The translations under genes were made by a program, and so were the position numbers. From positions 72,958-136,957 of the forward strand of contig CAZFJX010000002.1 of NCBI GenBank assembly GCA_964519505.1: a stretch of DNA of 64,000 nucleotides, in the 5' to 3' direction. The notes under the pieces are model-generated. The model did not search any database and was not told where the DNA came from. It saw nothing but the letters and a program-made list of their open reading frames with translations. The stretch comes from an uncultured Desulfurococcales archaeon (GTDB lineage Archaea; Thermoproteota; Thermoprotei_A; Sulfolobales; CAZFJX01). Below, piece by piece: positions 53,944 to 63,247 of this stretch (positions are counted from its first letter, which is position 1; each line of letters opens with the position of its first letter).

Positions 53944-55305
53944 ATGAGGGGTATTACGGCATCCGACGTTATAGTGCTTATGGAGATGGTTAAGTTAGCT
54001 GAGCGAATAAAGCCCTCTCAACATGCTAAGAGGGAGGTTCTAAGGAGGTACGGACTAGAGGGATCCCCACATGATAGGTTCTTAACGGGGGTCTTTTACA
54101 ACATCATGAAGTACTTAGGACCTATAGATAAAGTCATTAAAGAACTTACCGACATACCAGAGATACACATAGTTGACCCATGGTTAAGAGCTGCTTTAAG
54201 AGTGTTTACGTTTCTCTTAGTCTTTGAGACGAAGGTAGTGTCTAGTAGGAAAGATAAAGAGGAGTTAGTGGATCAGTTTAAGAAGAGAATTAGGGACTTT
54301 ATGATTAAGAAAACTAACTTAATGGCCACATTATATCTAGAGAAGTATTTGAAGAGGTTAGTAGTCTATAAGTATGTACCTAAAAGCGAGGAGGAAAGAC
54401 TTGAACTTAAGTACTTACTTCCATACTGGTTCATTAAGCGTATGGAGGAGTTGCTTGGTGAGAAGGAGGCTAAGGAACTATTTGAGTACTTCAATACACC
54501 ACCAATAATAAGTGTTAGAGTTAATACGTTAAAGGCGACGGTTGAGGAAGTAGCTGAGGCTTTGAGAAGGGAGGGTAAGGAAGTTAAGGTTAGTAAAGTC
54601 GTTCCTACAGTATTACGTTTTGAAGGCCCCTACAACTTCTCAAGGTCACCCCTCTTCAATAAGGGCAAGATAGTTATTCAGGAGGAGGCAGCAGCATTAG
54701 CATCAATAATTCTTGACCCCAACCCTGGTGAGGTCGTTGTTGACCTATGTGCTGCTCCCGGTGGTAAAACCACGCATATGGCTGAGCTCATGAGGAACAA
54801 AGGAGTTATTTATGCCTTCGATGTTGATGATTTAAGGTTAGAGCAGTTGAGGAAGAATCTGAGGAGAACGGGTACTTACAAGATAGTTAGAGTTATTAAG
54901 AGGGATGGTAGGGAAGCCCCAGACCTGCTTGGTAAAGGTATAGCTGATAAGGTACTTGTTGACGCCCCATGCACTTCTGAAGGCACAATAATGAAAAACC
55001 AAGAACTTAGGTGGAGAATTAATCGTGACGATATAATTAAACTTGCAAGACTTCAGAAGGAATTACTGATGGCAGCTATAGAATTGACAAGGCCTGGTGG
55101 CAGAATCTTATATACTACATGTGCGCTACTCCTTGAAGAGAACGAATGTATAGTGAGAAACATACTTAGTATATTCGGGGATCAGGTTAGGTTAGTACCG
55201 ATTAATGGGCCCTACAGTGAGGGATTTATACCCGGCACTATGAGAGCGTGGCCACATAGACATAAGACCATAGGATTCTTCTACGCACTCTTCGAGAGGA
55301 TTTAA
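53944..55305 (+). CDS. NOL1/NOP2/Sun-family RNA cytosine-C5 methyltransferase
   Basis: SAM motif DLCAAPGGKT, catalytic Cys motifs DAPCTSEG and YTTCALLLEENE. Confidence 0.87.
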   Translation: MRGITASDVIVLMEMVKLAERIKPSQHAKREVLRRYGLEGSPHDRFLTGVFYNIMKYLGPIDKVIKELTDIPEIHIVDPWLRAALRVFTFLLVFETKVVSSRKDKEELVDQFKKRIRDFMIKKTNLMATLYLEKYLKRLVVYKYVPKSEEERLELKYLLPYWFIKRMEELLGEKEAKELFEYFNTPPIISVRVNTLKATVEEVAEALRREGKEVKVSKVVPTVLRFEGPYNFSRSPLFNKGKIVIQEEAAALASIILDPNPGEVVVDLCAAPGGKTTHMAELMRNKGVIYAFDVDDLRLEQLRKNLRRTGTYKIVRVIKRDGREAPDLLGKGIADKVLVDAPCTSEGTIMKNQELRWRINRDDIIKLARLQKELLMAAIELTRPGGRILYTTCALLLEENECIVRNILSIFGDQVRLVPINGPYSEGFIPGTMRAWPHRHKTIGFFYALFERI

Positions 55306-55357
55306 GGGTTAATAAATAAGTTGGTCCCGGTATAGATTCAATATAGGTATGTAGGTC

Positions 55358-56728
55358 TTGGTTGTTGATGTATGTATACTTGGTGGGGGGCTTGCTGGTC
55401 TTTATGCAGCTTACTTACTTCAGCGTTTAGGGTTAAAGATAGTTATTTTTGAGAGGGAGGAAAGGCCTGGGGGTCTGCTTAAGTCCATTAACTTAGACGG
55501 ATACGTATTCGATATGGGAGGTTCCCACGTTATTTTCTCTAAGAATAAGGAGGTACTTAACCAAATACTCAACTTAATTCCTGGAGGGATCATAAGGCAT
55601 TACAGGAACTCAAGGATTTACTACGGCGGAAAGTACATTAAGTACCCTTTCGAGAATAGCCTATATCAGCTGGGTCCTCAAGAGAGGTATGAATGCTTAA
55701 GGGACTTCATAAACGCGCTAGTAAGGAGAGCTAAAGGGGAGTTTAAAACACCTAAGAACTTCACTGAGTGGTGTTACCAGACGTTTGGCGAAAGCATATG
55801 TAATAAGTACTTAATACCCTACAATGAGAAGATATGGAAAGTAAGTACGGATGAGTTATCATCTACATGGGTTGCTGGGCGCGTACCTAACCCACCTATA
55901 GATGACGTCATTAAAGCTGCTACAGGCATACCTACCGAAGGATATAAGCACCAACTAAATTTTTATTACCCCATGTCAGGTGGTATAGAGTCCTTGGTTA
56001 GAGGCATTATTGGTTCTTTTAATAGTAATGTCACACTGAAATTACGTGCTGAAGTATCTAAGGTTAGGAAGGAGAACGATTTATATATAGTGAAAGTAGG
56101 CAGTGACGAGTACTTATGTAAGAAGGTTATTTCAACAATACCGCTGCCTGAACTACTTAATAGATTACCCCATAACGACATACCTAAAGAACTAAGAGAC
56201 TTAATCCCAAAGTTAGCATATACATCATTGATAGTCGTAGGCGTGGGTGGTAAGCCCAAGAACCCCTATGGTTTTCATTGGATCTACTTCCCGCAACTTG
56301 AAATACCTTTCCATAGGCTAGCCATACTAAGTAACTATAGTAAATCCATGGCTCCTAAAGGTAAAATTTCATTAATTGCTGAGGTATCGTTTAAACCGAA
56401 TGACAGGATTGATGTTAACGACCTAATAGATCAATCACTTGATTACCTTGATAAGTTAGGTTTCATTAGGAGAGATGATACGGAATGCGTGACGTATAAG
56501 GTATGGAGATATGCATATATACTTCATAACCACAATTATGAGTACGTTCGTAAAACCCTAATTAAATTCTTAGATAATTATGGTATAGTAACCTTAGGTA
56601 GGTTCGGCTCATGGAAATATCTAAACATGGATCAAGTAATCTTGGAAGTTTCTAACATGCTAAAAAGTAAGGTATTAAGTAATGTTGAGAAGCGTTCCCC
56701 ACCTACCGTTATTTCTCGGTATTTTTGA
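55358..56728 (+). CDS. FAD-dependent oxidoreductase (amine oxidase / protoporphyrinogen oxidase / UDP-galactopyranose mutase-like)
   Basis: N-terminal dinucleotide fold ILGGGLAGLYAAYLL...FEREERPGG; 456 aa. Confidence 0.7.
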   Translation: MVVDVCILGGGLAGLYAAYLLQRLGLKIVIFEREERPGGLLKSINLDGYVFDMGGSHVIFSKNKEVLNQILNLIPGGIIRHYRNSRIYYGGKYIKYPFENSLYQLGPQERYECLRDFINALVRRAKGEFKTPKNFTEWCYQTFGESICNKYLIPYNEKIWKVSTDELSSTWVAGRVPNPPIDDVIKAATGIPTEGYKHQLNFYYPMSGGIESLVRGIIGSFNSNVTLKLRAEVSKVRKENDLYIVKVGSDEYLCKKVISTIPLPELLNRLPHNDIPKELRDLIPKLAYTSLIVVGVGGKPKNPYGFHWIYFPQLEIPFHRLAILSNYSKSMAPKGKISLIAEVSFKPNDRIDVNDLIDQSLDYLDKLGFIRRDDTECVTYKVWRYAYILHNHNYEYVRKTLIKFLDNYGIVTLGRFGSWKYLNMDQVILEVSNMLKSKVLSNVEKRSPPTVISRYF

Positions 56729-56741
56729 ATACTTTTAATCA

Positions 56742-56815
56742 CGGTAGGTGGGACATCACGCTTCCGCTCGGGGCTCCTCACCGTAGAGGCTCACCCCTAG
56801 TCGCCTAGGGTGTTG
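56742..56815 (+). other. GC-rich structured island (possible small RNA; class and strand unknown)
   Basis: About 73 nt at roughly two-thirds G+C by hand count, within AT-rich intergenic DNA. Two possible hairpins: ACGGTAGG...CCTCACCGT and CACCCCTAG-TCGC-CTAGGGTG. Confidence 0.2.
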
Positions 56816-57001
56816 TTACTTTAAGTGATTTCTAATTACTTCTAAATACTCTCTAGAGCTATTAGGTAAGCGAATGCTGTGTGTTTGTCTAATCCGTATC
56901 TCATCATTATGTCATCATGTTTTTCTTGAATGAGTTGTGCCCTAGAAACAGCCTAGAAGCTAACTTATAAAGTTAAACTCTAACAATAGCGTGGGCTACT
57001 A

Positions 57002-58039
57002 TTGGATATAGTGCTAATTTATGCTATTGTAGGGCTTATAGTTTCTTTTTACATAGCATGGAATTTAGGGGCTAATGATGCTTCGAACCCAACTGATGCG
57101 GCTGTTAGTGCTGGTGTGCTTAGCGTTAAGAGAGCATTGATCTTATTCGCTATTTTCGCTAGCTTAGGGGCTATAGTTCAAGGAAGGATGGTTATGAAGA
57201 CTTTAGGGAGAGGTATAGTACCGTCGATAGATCCGCTGGGAGCTATAGCATCCTCAGTAAGTGCAGGGTTATGGATAACCCTAATGACATACTTCGGAAT
57301 GCCTGTATCAACATCTCAAAGCACAGCTAGTGCTGTATTGGGTTACGGTATGCTGAAGGTACTTGAGGGATCGGCAACTCAAGTTAATGTAGGGGTCATA
57401 TACACAATCCTAATAAGCTGGGTAACTTCTCCCTTAAACTCCATGGGGCTCACAATACTTAATTACTTCTTACTTAAGAAGTTAGCCATGGCTCTCCATA
57501 AGAGAGGATATAATGTTGAGAGGTTCTTTAAGTACTTTTTAATAGCTAATATATGTTTCTCAGCATATGCCTTCGGCGCTAACGACGTTGGTAACGCTAC
57601 GGGCGTGTATGTAGCCACTATTAGTAACTTATGGGGTGTTCCTGATGAGGCCTCAATGACGTTCCTAGCGTTTCTCGGTGCTTTAGGAATAGTTGCTGGT
57701 GGGTTAACATGGGGTTATAGGGTCATCTATACGGTGGCGTTTAGGGTAACAAGATTAGATGTTGTCTCAGCAACAGCCGCTAAATTCGCCAACGCCCTCA
57801 ATGTATGGTTATTCACTACGATACCCTATATACTATTTGGATGGGGAATGCCTATATCCACAACTCACTCAAGTGTGGCCTCGATAATTGCCGCAGGCAT
57901 AGTCAGCAAAGGGCTTAGGAAAGGGGTTAACTATAGGTTGGTCATGTATATAGTTGGTGCATGGGTATTCACGCTCCCTGGGGCTATGGGGATAAGTATG
58001 GCCCTGAACTTCATACTAAAACAAATACTTCCTCACTAG
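57002..58039 (+). CDS. PiT-family inorganic phosphate (or sulfate) transporter
   Basis: Duplicated GANDASN / GANDVGNATG signature motifs; polytopic; 345 aa. Confidence 0.88.
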   Translation: MDIVLIYAIVGLIVSFYIAWNLGANDASNPTDAAVSAGVLSVKRALILFAIFASLGAIVQGRMVMKTLGRGIVPSIDPLGAIASSVSAGLWITLMTYFGMPVSTSQSTASAVLGYGMLKVLEGSATQVNVGVIYTILISWVTSPLNSMGLTILNYFLLKKLAMALHKRGYNVERFFKYFLIANICFSAYAFGANDVGNATGVYVATISNLWGVPDEASMTFLAFLGALGIVAGGLTWGYRVIYTVAFRVTRLDVVSATAAKFANALNVWLFTTIPYILFGWGMPISTTHSSVASIIAAGIVSKGLRKGVNYRLVMYIVGAWVFTLPGAMGISMALNFILKQILPH

Positions 58040-58060
58040 AAGTATTTATGAGGTAAGAGA

Positions 58061-58732
58061 ATGAGTACATGGGCATGGATATCACGTAGAATAGAGAAAG
58101 ACTTTCTTAAGATGAGTGTAGGGCACGTTGATATGATCATTAAGGTGGCAGAGGGGCTTCTAGAGATGATAAGGTGCATGAAGCAAGGTAAGCGCGATTG
58201 TGCTGTTAAGGCTTACGAGAAGGTATTTAACGATGAACGTGAAGCTGACAACATTAAAAGAAAAATAATTACTGAGTTATCTAAGGGCATTATACACCCG
58301 ATAAACCGTGAGGAGCTCATAAGGTTAGTACTGTCTGCTGATGACGTTGCTGCATACTCAAAAGCGTCAGCTAGGAGATTACTCGTAGTTCTTAACTTAG
58401 GATTAAGCATAGATGAGGAGACCCTAACAATTATTGAGAAAATGGCTGAACGTAATTTCGAGGCTACGAGGAGAATTAAGGAGGCTATAGAAGCTCTAAT
58501 TAAGGATGTTAAGAAGGCCTTAAGGGTTGCTGATGTTATTGAGCGTATTGAGGAGGAGGTAGATGATATAAGAATGGAGGCCTTAGAGCTTGTTCTAAGT
58601 AAATGCCATAAGGAAATAAGAAGCATATCGCTATGTATTTTACTAAAAGACGTTGTAGACAGCATTGAGGACTCAGTGGATAGATGCGAAGACGTAGCTG
58701 ACGTCGTTAGGTCAATAGCCGTACTCTCTTAA
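58061..58732 (+). CDS. PhoU-like/DUF47 phosphate-transport regulator associated with PiT
   Basis: 223-aa all-helical protein directly downstream of PiT, which is the conserved PiT-DUF47 pairing. Confidence 0.72.
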   Translation: MSTWAWISRRIEKDFLKMSVGHVDMIIKVAEGLLEMIRCMKQGKRDCAVKAYEKVFNDEREADNIKRKIITELSKGIIHPINREELIRLVLSADDVAAYSKASARRLLVVLNLGLSIDEETLTIIEKMAERNFEATRRIKEAIEALIKDVKKALRVADVIERIEEEVDDIRMEALELVLSKCHKEIRSISLCILLKDVVDSIEDSVDRCEDVADVVRSIAVLS

Positions 58733-58917
58733 ATAGTCTTTCACCCTCGCTCTCATTTTTATATCAGGAAAACCATAAAAATCCCTACAGTATGAAAGCA
58801 ATGAATAGTACCTTAATTCAATGTCAGAAGCTTTATTTTCGTCAAATGTCTAAAGCTTTTTAAGGCAGTAATCTATAAAAAGGTCGCCCATGAAGTAACT
58901 TCAGAGTAGGTGTACTT

Positions 58918-59937
58918 ATGGTCATTTTAGGTAATGTCGGTATAGCTGGTTGGGGCTCGTATATACCCAGGTATAGGGTGCCTCTAGAGGAAGTCGGTAA
59001 GGTTGTCGGTGTTGAGTCTTTCGGTTATAAGTCAGTTAGCGGCTTCGATGAAGACGCGATAACCATGGCTTTAGAGGCCGTAGAGAACGCGTTACTCTCG
59101 GCAGGTGTTAATGCTAACGAAATTAAGTTACTCACAATAGGTACGGAATCTAGCCTTGTTACCTTTAAGCAAATTGCTTCATACTTAGCTAGTTATCTAG
59201 GTATTGATGAAGCCGTATTAAGTAGTGATGTCAACTTCAATACTAAGTCAGGTTCTGAGGCTTTGAAGATTGCTACACTCTCACTCATAAGTAACTTAGC
59301 TAGGTATGCCTTAGTTGTTGGTGTAGATGTAGACATATCCAAGCCAGGTAACATATCTGAATTCTACTCGTCGTCAGCGGCATCGGCTATAGTCTTAACC
59401 AAGGACTTAAGTAGGAGTGTTGCTATCATTGAGGGGTTAAAAACTCTAAACCTTAACTCGCTAGATACCTGGTTATCAAATAGTACTAAATCGATAAATG
59501 AAGGGCTGATCATTCGTAACGTAATCAACTTAACCCCTAAGGTAGTTAAGGAACTTCTACAAGAATTAGGTGTTAAGAATACAGAATTAACCCACATAGC
59601 ATTCACTCAATCAAACTGGAAGGTAATTAATAAGCTAGCTAAGGCGCTAAAGATGCCCATAGAGAAGTTCAAGACTGGTTTCCTCTACGATAAAATTGGT
59701 TGTTGTGGAGCAGCTTCCTCACTAATATCACTTATAGCTACATTAGAAAATTCAAGAGAAGGTGATCATATACTTTTAATTTCTTACGGTAGCGGATTCA
59801 GTATCGATGCCTTCCTCATTAGAGTTAATGAATATATCGATGTCGTAAAGACGAGATCCGTACCCTTAAGTAAATACCTAAATAATATTGAAGTAATTAA
59901 TTACACAACATACCTTAAATTTAAGGGGCTTCTCTAA
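58918..59937 (+). CDS. Archaeal hydroxymethylglutaryl-CoA synthase
   Basis: Thiolase-fold condensing enzyme (GTESS.. active-site Cys region replaced by the archaeal HMGCS pattern, CGAASS). First gene of the HMGCS-thiolase-DUF35 trio. Confidence 0.82.
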   Translation: MVILGNVGIAGWGSYIPRYRVPLEEVGKVVGVESFGYKSVSGFDEDAITMALEAVENALLSAGVNANEIKLLTIGTESSLVTFKQIASYLASYLGIDEAVLSSDVNFNTKSGSEALKIATLSLISNLARYALVVGVDVDISKPGNISEFYSSSAASAIVLTKDLSRSVAIIEGLKTLNLNSLDTWLSNSTKSINEGLIIRNVINLTPKVVKELLQELGVKNTELTHIAFTQSNWKVINKLAKALKMPIEKFKTGFLYDKIGCCGAASSLISLIATLENSREGDHILLISYGSGFSIDAFLIRVNEYIDVVKTRSVPLSKYLNNIEVINYTTYLKFKGLL

Positions 59938-59958
59938 ATAAGGTACATCGGTGATTAA

Positions 59959-61116
59959 ATGAGGAGGGTTGCAATAGTTAGTGCGGGTATGGTTAAGGTC
60001 GGTAGACACGTAGATAAGTCCTATAAGGACTTATTCGCTGAGGCAGCTCTCAAGGCTCTTGACTGTATAGGGAATGAAGTCATACCTGAAGCTCTAATTG
60101 TAGGTAATCAGATGTCCTCATCGCTATTTAATCAAGACAGTTTCGGAGCTATATTAGCTGATTACGTAGGACTAACAGGTATTCCTGCTTTTAAGGTTGA
60201 GGCAGCATGCGGTTCAGGTGGCGCAGCCGTCTATACTGGGTACATGGCTGTTGCATCAGGACTCCATGACTGTGTTATGGTGGCTGGTGTTGAGAAGGAA
60301 ACAGACCATGCAACACCTAAGGTGACGTTTGCGCTAGGAAAAGCCTCAGACGCCGATTATGAGCTTATTTACGGGACTTCATTCGTCGGTCTTAATGCCT
60401 TAATTATGAGGCTCTACATGGAGACCTATAAAGCTCCTAGAGAGGCATTCGCAAAATTCGCTGTTTTAATGCATGAGAATGCCGTAAATAACCCGTATGC
60501 ACAGATGAGGTATAGAATAACTGTTGAGGACGTGCTTAAGTCACCAGTAATAGCTGACCCTATAAGGCTTCTTGACTCAGCTCCATTAAGTGATGGTGCG
60601 GCTGCCATAATTATGTGTTCTGAGGAACTAGCTAGGAAGATAACTAAGGACTATTCAGTTATTGCGGGTATAGGTATGGGCACCGACCATGTATATATAG
60701 CATCACGGCGCGATCTCCTCTCATTAAGTGCTTCTCTAAAAGCTGCTGAGAAGGCATATAGAATGGCTAGTGTAGGTCCTAAAGACATAGATGTTGTTGA
60801 GGTTCATGACGCATTCACAATCATGGGTATAATGGCGTTAGAAGGTCTGAAGTTAGCTAAGCAAGGTCATGGGTGGAAACTTGTTGAGGAGGGGGTTATC
60901 GCTAAGGATGGTGATATACCCGTAAACCCGAGCGGTGGTTTAAAAGCTAGAGGTCATCCAGTAGGTGCTACTGGTGTCTATCAGGTGGCTGAAATACATA
61001 CGCAATTAACTAATCAGGCAGGAAAGATGCAGGTACCTAATGCTAATGTAGGTCTTGCCCAAAGTATAGGTGGGGCAGGAACCATTATATCAGTAACAAT
61101 ACTTAAAAGACCTTAA
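59959..61116 (+). CDS. Acetyl-CoA C-acetyltransferase (thiolase)
   Basis: Active-site strings VEAACGSGG, VHDAF and NPSGGLKARGHPVGATG. Confidence 0.9.
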   Translation: MRRVAIVSAGMVKVGRHVDKSYKDLFAEAALKALDCIGNEVIPEALIVGNQMSSSLFNQDSFGAILADYVGLTGIPAFKVEAACGSGGAAVYTGYMAVASGLHDCVMVAGVEKETDHATPKVTFALGKASDADYELIYGTSFVGLNALIMRLYMETYKAPREAFAKFAVLMHENAVNNPYAQMRYRITVEDVLKSPVIADPIRLLDSAPLSDGAAAIIMCSEELARKITKDYSVIAGIGMGTDHVYIASRRDLLSLSASLKAAEKAYRMASVGPKDIDVVEVHDAFTIMGIMALEGLKLAKQGHGWKLVEEGVIAKDGDIPVNPSGGLKARGHPVGATGVYQVAEIHTQLTNQAGKMQVPNANVGLAQSIGGAGTIISVTILKRP

Positions 61117-61118
61117 AG

Positions 61119-61526
61119 GTGTCACCTATGTCATCACCCACACACATTACTAGGTTAGCACCCTATAGAGAGAAACTCATCGGTCAGGAATGCTTAACCT
61201 GCGGCAACATACAGTATCCACCTAGAAAAACATGCATTAGATGTGGTTCAAGAAACTTAAAACTAAAAGAGCTACCTCGTTACGGTAAGGTAGTCACCTA
61301 TACATTAATTTATTACCTTCCTGAGGGGTATGACTACATTAAGCCTAAGGCAATAGCGATTGTGGAATTAGCCAATGGTGTTAGAGTATTTTCTGAACTT
61401 ACCGATGTTAAACCTACGGACATAAAGACAGGTATGGAAGTTGAGGCGGTTCTTAGGCTAATTAAGAAGGGAGGTAGTAACGAACCACCCATTTATGGTA
61501 TTAAATTTAGACCTAGAATAAGGTAA
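61119..61526 (+). CDS. DUF35 OB-fold/zinc-ribbon scaffold protein of the thiolase/HMGCS complex
   Basis: Zinc ribbon CLTCGNIQYPPRKTCIRCGS followed by an OB-fold region. Starts 3 nt after the thiolase stop. Confidence 0.85.
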   Translation: MSPMSSPTHITRLAPYREKLIGQECLTCGNIQYPPRKTCIRCGSRNLKLKELPRYGKVVTYTLIYYLPEGYDYIKPKAIAIVELANGVRVFSELTDVKPTDIKTGMEVEAVLRLIKKGGSNEPPIYGIKFRPRIR

Positions 61527-61613
61527 TTCATGACTAAATGATCTTACATAAAGTCTCTATAACCACAAACAAAATTAATTCTTTAAACATTAAAGGTTAG
61601 GGTAGCGAATATC

Positions 61614-62657
61614 ATGAGCTCGTTAAGGGTCATTACCTTAGAGCATGGCGGTGGTGGTAGGGAGTCATGGGAACTACTTAATGAGTTAGTCTTTAGTAAA
61701 GTACCTAATGAATTTAAGAAAACCTTAGGTGGGCTAGGTATAGACATGCCTGATGACGGAGCGGCAATAAGGGTTGGTGATAAGTATGTTGTTCTCTCTA
61801 TAGATTCCTACACAGTCAATCCTATAGAATTCCCTGGTGGTAATATAGGGTCCTTGGCTGCTTCAGGATCAATAAACGATGTGTTAATGATGGGTGCCAA
61901 ACCTCTTGCAATAATGGATAGTGTAGTTGTTGAGGAGGGTTTCCCTATAGGGAGATTAGATAAGATAATGAGGTCTTTCATAAACGTAGCTCTTTCTGAA
62001 GGTGTTGCGGTCATAGGCGGTGATCTCAAGGTAATGCCTAAAGGAAGCGTTGATGGTGTAATAATTACAACTCTCTGTGTAGGTATGGCTAATAAGTTAA
62101 TAGTTGATACGTCGTTACGCGTTAATGATACTATAATAGTTACTGGCCCTATAGCTGAGCATGGTTCAGTAATAATAGCTTTGCAGATGGGTTATGAAGA
62201 GTTCATTAAGGATTTAAGGAGTGATAGTAGACCATTAACCAAGTTGATGCTTCCGCTAATAGATAGGTATGTAGATTACATTAGGGCAGCTAGAGACCCT
62301 ACTAGAGGAGGTATTATTCAAATACTACATGAATGGGCTGTAGCTACTGGGTTAACCGTAGTCATTGAGAGGGAGAAAGTGCCTTTGAGAGAGCAAGTAA
62401 GGTCTTTCTTAGATATGTTAGGTATCGATCCATTAAACGTAGCTTCTGAAGGTATAGCCGTTCTTGCTGTGGATTCTAAGGTAGCTAATGATGTATTAGA
62501 ATTCATTAGGGGGTTAGGCTTTAAGGAGGCGGAAATAGTTGGTAAGGTGGTTAAGCCTCCATCAGAAATAGCTAAAGGTAAAGTACTTGTTAAGACCGAA
62601 GTTGGTGGGTTAACCATAGCTGAACCTCAAGCATCACCAGTACCTAGGATATGTTGA
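61614..62657 (+). CDS. hypE: Hydrogenase maturation protein HypE
   Basis: AIR-synthase-like fold (GDDAAI region) and the diagnostic C-terminal PRIC motif. Confidence 0.9.
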   Translation: MSSLRVITLEHGGGGRESWELLNELVFSKVPNEFKKTLGGLGIDMPDDGAAIRVGDKYVVLSIDSYTVNPIEFPGGNIGSLAASGSINDVLMMGAKPLAIMDSVVVEEGFPIGRLDKIMRSFINVALSEGVAVIGGDLKVMPKGSVDGVIITTLCVGMANKLIVDTSLRVNDTIIVTGPIAEHGSVIIALQMGYEEFIKDLRSDSRPLTKLMLPLIDRYVDYIRAARDPTRGGIIQILHEWAVATGLTVVIEREKVPLREQVRSFLDMLGIDPLNVASEGIAVLAVDSKVANDVLEFIRGLGFKEAEIVGKVVKPPSEIAKGKVLVKTEVGGLTIAEPQASPVPRIC

Positions 62658-62690
62658 TAAAGCATAATTACTTAGCTGAACTATTCATAG

Positions 62691-63077
62691 TTGGTGATAA
62701 TCTTGTCAGTAGAGGGGTTCGGTAAGCCTAAGGTTATTCACTACACTAATGTTGAGAGGGTTGAGGTAAGGAATGCTGAGAGAACATGGATTAGAGTCTT
62801 AATAAGTAAAAAGGATGGAGCACCAACATACGCGATGAGAATTTTTGAAATAGAGCCTGATGGTCACATACCCCTCCATGACCATCCATGGGAGCATGAG
62901 ATATTCGTTCTTGAAGGTAAGTTAAGGATTAGAATAGGTGATGAGGTTTACGAAGTTAGTGACGGTACCGCAATATACATACCCCCTAACATACCTCATG
63001 AGTATTGGAACGTAGGTGATGGAATACTAAGGTTCATATGCACGATACCGCATAAACCAACAGCGCCATCCCAGTAA
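62691..63077 (+). CDS. Cupin-domain protein
   Basis: Two-motif cupin signature (HIPLHDHPWEHEIFVLEG ... GTAIYIPPNIPH). Confidence 0.72.
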   Translation: MVIILSVEGFGKPKVIHYTNVERVEVRNAERTWIRVLISKKDGAPTYAMRIFEIEPDGHIPLHDHPWEHEIFVLEGKLRIRIGDEVYEVSDGTAIYIPPNIPHEYWNVGDGILRFICTIPHKPTAPSQ

Positions 63078-63078
63078 A

Positions 63079-63188
63079 TAATGATTAAATGGCGCCGGGG
63101 GCGGGATTCGAACCCGCGCACCCCATAAGGGGTAGTGGGTCTCTCCTCCCTAATGCCGGAGCTCGAGCCCACCGCCTTGGGCCGCTCG
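63079..63188 (-). tRNA. tRNA-Ser (anticodon CGA) with 21-nt intron at 37/38 and genomically encoded CCA
   Basis: Hand-folded cloverleaf: acceptor GCCGGGG/CCCCGGC, 3-bp D stem, anticodon stem GUGGG/CCCAC with loop CU-CGA-G[intron 63130-63150]A, long variable arm (CCCC-UUAU-GGGG), T arm GCGGG-UUCGAAU-CCCGC, discriminator G and CCA. Confidence 0.92.
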
Positions 63189-63247
63189 GCCACCCCGGCT
63201 CCATTTTCTCTCTAACGCTTCAGAATTCTAAAGCTTATCTACTAGCT

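Noticed and set aside
56742-56815. Tried to classify the GC-rich island as a C/D-box sRNA, an H/ACA sRNA or a tRNA fragment.
   Set aside because: Neither strand has a CUGA D box. There is no ACA trinucleotide 3' of either hairpin and no T-arm (GTTCGAATC-like) sequence. It is kept only as an unclassified structured element.
58213-58665. 150-aa ORF antisense to the PhoU-like/DUF47 gene. Similar long antisense ORFs occur at 15366-15737, 28125-28460, 35017-35358, 30191-30523, 43716-44036, 18714-19022, 62318-62617, 1058-1348 and 2373-2684.
   Set aside because: These are typical shadow ORFs on the strand opposite well-supported genes. The translations are Ser/Leu/Thr-rich with no motifs, and each is fully nested in a confident CDS.
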